A stretch of 28,706 bases of DNA, from positions 1 to 28,706 of the forward strand of contig JBBDYA010000067.1 in assembly GCA_040902005.1 (NCBI GenBank), in the 5' to 3' direction. The translations under genes were made by a program, and so were the position numbers. Every line of letters begins with the position of its first letter. Positions within the stretch are counted from its first letter, which is position 1. This document shows, piece after piece, positions 25,429-28,706 of this stretch. The notes under the pieces are model-generated. The model saw only the letters and a program-made list of their open reading frames with translations, had not been told where the DNA came from and ran no database searches. This DNA is from Gemmatimonadaceae bacterium. GTDB taxonomy: Bacteria > Gemmatimonadota > Gemmatimonadetes > Gemmatimonadales > Gemmatimonadaceae.

Positions 25429-25683
25429 ATGGCCAAGCCGAAGTTCAGAAAAAGTGTCCCAGCCGGTCCCACCCCGTTCGAGCACGCGCGTGACGAGCTC
25501 TTCCAGCAGATCATGCAATGCGGAGTCGTAGGCGCCGATTCAGCGCATCAGCACGAATGGTTCGATGAGACCATGAAGTACTTCGCCGAGCGGTACCCCG
25601 AGCTCGCGGAAAAGCAGGTCACTGAGCTGCGACAGCTCGGTGAGCGGTTCGCGCAGCCGCCGAAGGCGAGAGCAAGCGCCTAA
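25429..25683 (+). CDS. Hypothetical small protein
   Basis: 84-aa ORF with an AT-richer upstream region (TACATT 25398-25403) and a downstream hairpin. Confidence 0.7.
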   Translation: MAKPKFRKSVPAGPTPFEHARDELFQQIMQCGVVGADSAHQHEWFDETMKYFAERYPELAEKQVTELRQLGERFAQPPKARASA

Positions 25684-25697
25684 TACATGTTCTCGGC

Positions 25698-25722
25698 CGG
25701 CCCGCGTCTGCGACGCGGGCCG
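25698..25722. terminator. Hairpin between convergent genes, probable terminator
   Basis: Perfect 11-bp stem CGGCCCGCGTC-TGC-GACGCGGGCCG; U-tract is weak. Confidence 0.6.
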
Positions 25723-25737
25723 CCTTGGTTCTCGGCG

Positions 25738-26196
25738 TCAGCGCCGCCCCGGCACCGCCTTGCGAATGAGCAGTCCAGCGCGAAATCCGCCACTCGCTCC
25801 CAGTTGCAGGGCCGGCATCCACCCCTTCAGTTCCGGGCCCTCCAGGTCCGCGATCGCGGCGAGATATGCGTGCCTGCGCACACTGAGCCCCCCGCCGACC
25901 GACAGCGCCCAGCGCTGCTGTCGGAACGGGTCCAGCGTCACGCGGGCCAGCAGGTCGCCGCGCCACTCCCCGCCGGCGGCGCGGCTTGAATTGGCACGGC
26001 GTGCACCCCACCCCCACCCCACGACGGCCGTCCAGCGCACGTAGTAGCCGGCGGCGTTGTTCACGCCGATGCCGATGTGCGGCACATACGGACTCGGTCC
26101 CACCGCGTCCAGACGCAGCTCGGGTTGCCAGCGCTGCCCACGAGCCGAATCCGGGACCGAGCACAGGAGCGCTAGCGCGACGAGTATTGGCCGCAT
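25738..26196 (-). CDS. Hypothetical secreted beta-strand protein
   Basis: Signal peptide MRPILVALALLCSVPDSARG|Q; the ATG overlaps the stop of the pgsA-like gene. Confidence 0.65.
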   Translation of the reverse strand: MRPILVALALLCSVPDSARGQRWQPELRLDAVGPSPYVPHIGIGVNNAAGYYVRWTAVVGWGWGARRANSSRAAGGEWRGDLLARVTLDPFRQQRWALSVGGGLSVRRHAYLAAIADLEGPELKGWMPALQLGASGGFRAGLLIRKAVPGRR

Positions 26197-26723
26197 CACC
26201 GGGCGCGCGCCTTGTGCAGCATCCAGGTGTAGTCCACCACGGCCCAGAGCGACACCACCGCGATGACAATTATCATCGGCCTCGCCGCTGCGGGGCGCAG
26301 CAGGATCGCGATGAACGTCGCGAGTTGGAGGACGGTGACGAGCTTGCCGGGCAAGCGGGCCTGGAACGCGACGGCGCGCAGGGAGGGCATCGCGCGGGCC
26401 ACGAGAAAGCCGATCGCGGTCATGATGTCGCGGAAGATCATCACGAAGTATTCCCAGGTCTGGACGGTGCCCTCGAACAGCAGCGTGGAGATCGCCACGA
26501 GCACGAACACGCGGTCCGCGAAGGGGTCGAGCAGCGCGCCCACGCGCGTCATGGGTCCGAACTGGCGCGCGATCCAGCCGTCCAGATAGTCGGTCGCGAG
26601 GGCAAGCATCACGAGCACGATCCGGACATCGGTGCGGTCGAAGACCACGAAGGCAGCCGCGAGCGCCAACCGCGAGGTGGAGAGCAGGTTCGGCAGGCTG
26701 CGCAGCTCGGCGAGTGCGCGCAT
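26196..26723 (-). CDS. CDP-alcohol phosphatidyltransferase (PgsA-like)
   Basis: LPNLLSTSR and DYLDGWIARQFGPMTRVGALLDPFAD signature. Confidence 0.92.
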   Translation of the reverse strand: MRALAELRSLPNLLSTSRLALAAAFVVFDRTDVRIVLVMLALATDYLDGWIARQFGPMTRVGALLDPFADRVFVLVAISTLLFEGTVQTWEYFVMIFRDIMTAIGFLVARAMPSLRAVAFQARLPGKLVTVLQLATFIAILLRPAAARPMIIVIAVVSLWAVVDYTWMLHKARAR

Positions 26724-26786
26724 GCGGGCAAGCTAGTGCCCGCCTGAAACGCTTGCTACTGAATACGTTAGGACCTAGCATAGGGG

Positions 26787-27251
26787 ATGGCTGAAGTCGT
26801 GGAGCTGCTCAGAAATGTTGCCATCTTCAAGGACCTGGACGACGCCGAGCTCGCGGCGGTCGCCGAGGTCGTGAAGGAGGAGAAGTACGAGTCGGGGGCC
26901 TACGTCTTTCGCGAAGGCGAGGCGGGCAACCGCCTGTACGTCATCGTCGAGGGCGAGGTCCGCATCAGCCGTGACGTGCCCGGCAGCGGCGAGGAAGCGC
27001 TGGCCGTCCTCAAGAAGGGCGCGCTCTTCGGCGAGATGTCCGTCTTCGATCGCAGCGACCGGTCCACGCACGCGATCTCGAACGGCGGCGTTACGCTGAT
27101 GACCATCGCGCGCCCCGAGTTCGAGATGCTTCTCGACTTCAACCGCGAGATTGCCTACAAGGTGCTCTGGGCCTGTGTCCGCGTGCTGTCCAGCCGCCTG
27201 CGCTCCACGAACGATTCACTGCGGTCGTTCCTGGCCATGAGCATGTTCTAA
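26787..27251 (+). CDS. Stand-alone cyclic nucleotide-binding domain protein
   Basis: VFREGEAGNRLYVIVEGEVRI, FGEMS...RST; no C-terminal HTH. Confidence 0.9.
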   Translation: MAEVVELLRNVAIFKDLDDAELAAVAEVVKEEKYESGAYVFREGEAGNRLYVIVEGEVRISRDVPGSGEEALAVLKKGALFGEMSVFDRSDRSTHAISNGGVTLMTIARPEFEMLLDFNREIAYKVLWACVRVLSSRLRSTNDSLRSFLAMSMF

Positions 27252-27253
27252 GG

Positions 27254-28633
27254 ATGGCTATGCGCCTATTCCCGCTCCTCCTCCTCGTCGCAGTGGCGGC
27301 ATGCACGCAATCGCGACCTGTCGCGACCGTCGATATGGAACCGGCGGCAAGCCCCGCGCCCTCGTTCATGGACCGCGCGCCGTCCACCCTGGGCATGCAG
27401 CGCGACCCGCGCATCACCATGCTGCTGCGCGACATCAGCCCCGCGCGGATCTTCACCTACGACTCGGCGCTCGTCTCCTTCGGCACGCGGAACACCTACT
27501 CCGATACCCTGTCGCAGACGCGGGGCATCGGCGCCGCGCGACGCTGGATACACGCGGCACTGTCGCGCTTCAGCGCGGAGTGCGGCGGCTGCCTTCGCGT
27601 GGAGTTCGACGTCGGCACGATGCCCGCCCCGCGCATGCCGGGCCGTCCGATGCGCCAGGTCACGAACGTGCTGGCCTGGCTGCCGGGGCGCGACACCAGC
27701 CGCGTCATCGTCATCGGGGGCCACTACGACTCCTGCGTCTGTGCCGTGCGCGAACAGGGGGGCGGGCCGGGCACGCTGGATTCCGTGAGCACCGCGCCTG
27801 GCGCCAACGACGACGGATCGGGCACGGCGGCAGTGATCGAGCTCGCCCGGGTGTTCTCCCGCGCGTACCCACGCGGACTGGACGCCACCGTGATCTTCGC
27901 GCTGCACGACGCGGAGGAGCAGGGATTGATCGGCTCCACGCATCTCGCCCGGCGTCTCAAGGCCGGCGGGTACCACGTCATCGCAGGAATGACGGACGAC
28001 ATCATCGGCAACGTGATGGCCGAAGACGGCACTGGCGACTCGACGAGCGTGCGCATCTTCGCCCCGGATCCCGATGCGTCGGCCAGTCGCGAGCTGGCGC
28101 GCTACGTGTGGGCACTGGGCGCGGTGTACCAGCCAGACTTCACCGTGATCCCCGTGTGGCGCCTGGACCGCGTGGGACGCGGCGGCGACCACCGGCCGTA
28201 CGTCGCGGAGGGGTGGGCCGGATTGCGCTTCACCGAGCGGGTGGAGAACGAACTGCGGCAGCATCGCCCAACCGATGTGCTGGAGCACGTGAACGTCGAG
28301 TACATCGCACGGGTGGCGCGGCTCAACGCAGCCACCATCGCATCGCTCGGGCTGGCGCCGCCCACACCGGACAGCGTGCGCGCCGCGCGCGACGTGCGGG
28401 GCAGCGGCGGCCGCCGCTGGATCCTCACGTGGGCGCCCGTTCCCGGCGCGGTGTCGTACGAGGTGCTCGTGCGCCAGTCCACGTCGGCGCAGTACGACCG
28501 GATCCACTCGGTGGGCCCGGACACGCGCTACGAGCTGGACTACCAGCTGGACGAGGGGTGGGCGGGGGTGCGCGCGGTATCGGCCAGCGGCCATCGGTCC
28601 ATCCCGGCAGTGTGGCCGGCCGTGAGACCCTAA
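27254..28633 (+). CDS. M28-family peptidase lipoprotein with a C-terminal FN3-like region
   Basis: Lipobox VAAC; FGTRNT, GGHYDS, APGANDDGSG, AEEQGLIGS, GRGGDH, RQH. Confidence 0.88.
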   Translation: MAMRLFPLLLLVAVAACTQSRPVATVDMEPAASPAPSFMDRAPSTLGMQRDPRITMLLRDISPARIFTYDSALVSFGTRNTYSDTLSQTRGIGAARRWIHAALSRFSAECGGCLRVEFDVGTMPAPRMPGRPMRQVTNVLAWLPGRDTSRVIVIGGHYDSCVCAVREQGGGPGTLDSVSTAPGANDDGSGTAAVIELARVFSRAYPRGLDATVIFALHDAEEQGLIGSTHLARRLKAGGYHVIAGMTDDIIGNVMAEDGTGDSTSVRIFAPDPDASASRELARYVWALGAVYQPDFTVIPVWRLDRVGRGGDHRPYVAEGWAGLRFTERVENELRQHRPTDVLEHVNVEYIARVARLNAATIASLGLAPPTPDSVRAARDVRGSGGRRWILTWAPVPGAVSYEVLVRQSTSAQYDRIHSVGPDTRYELDYQLDEGWAGVRAVSASGHRSIPAVWPAVRP

Positions 28634-28706
28634 GGAAGCTCTGAAAAACAAGGGCCGGGGCGAGGTGTTCCGGCCGGCACGAGCATAGTACCAATACTTG
28701 GACGAC
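28630..28706. mobile_element. Possible terminus of an IS5-type element or MITE, continuing beyond the window
   Basis: CTAA followed by GGAAGCTCTGAAAAA, identical to 9009-9023. No transposase is visible. Confidence 0.4.

Noticed and set aside
1481..28651. Many long alternative-frame or antisense ORFs (for example 1481-3475, 10670-12535, 19457-21205, 27266-28651)
   Set aside because: They are Arg/Ala/His-biased with no family motifs and overlap well-supported genes; stop codons are scarce at high GC.

Overview
High-GC, gene-dense bacterial chromosome segment. Gene content and style suggest Gemmatimonadota, but that is inference. It holds about 35 CDS. In order: partial pilB and comEA; an M28 lipoprotein resembling type-II glutaminyl cyclase; a fully overlapping seven-gene operon (lptF-lptG-mlaE-mlaD, an 86-aa CoxII-TM-like gene, ctaA, ctaB); an M24 peptidase; a BchJ/V4R-like gene divergent from a six-gene putative aromatic-lipid/polyketide cluster (DUF92, FAD oxidoreductase, flavin reductase, SAM methyltransferase, SRPBCC cyclase-like protein, stand-alone FabF-type ketosynthase); then aquaporin, a DUF1707-type protein, acs, a DsbA-VKOR pair, an alpha/beta hydrolase apparently lacking its catalytic His, a pgsA-like gene, a cNMP-binding protein and a second M28 peptidase. 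No rRNA, tRNA, CRISPR array or transposase was seen. Best leads: the orphan KS/SRPBCC/methyltransferase/flavoenzyme cluster; a 23-bp CTAG-flanked mini-element whose first 15 bp recur at the window end; the stand-alone CoxII-like hairpin gene; the His-to-Arg hydrolase; and recurring leaderless-type promoters. All product calls come from motif recognition by eye; no database searches were run.
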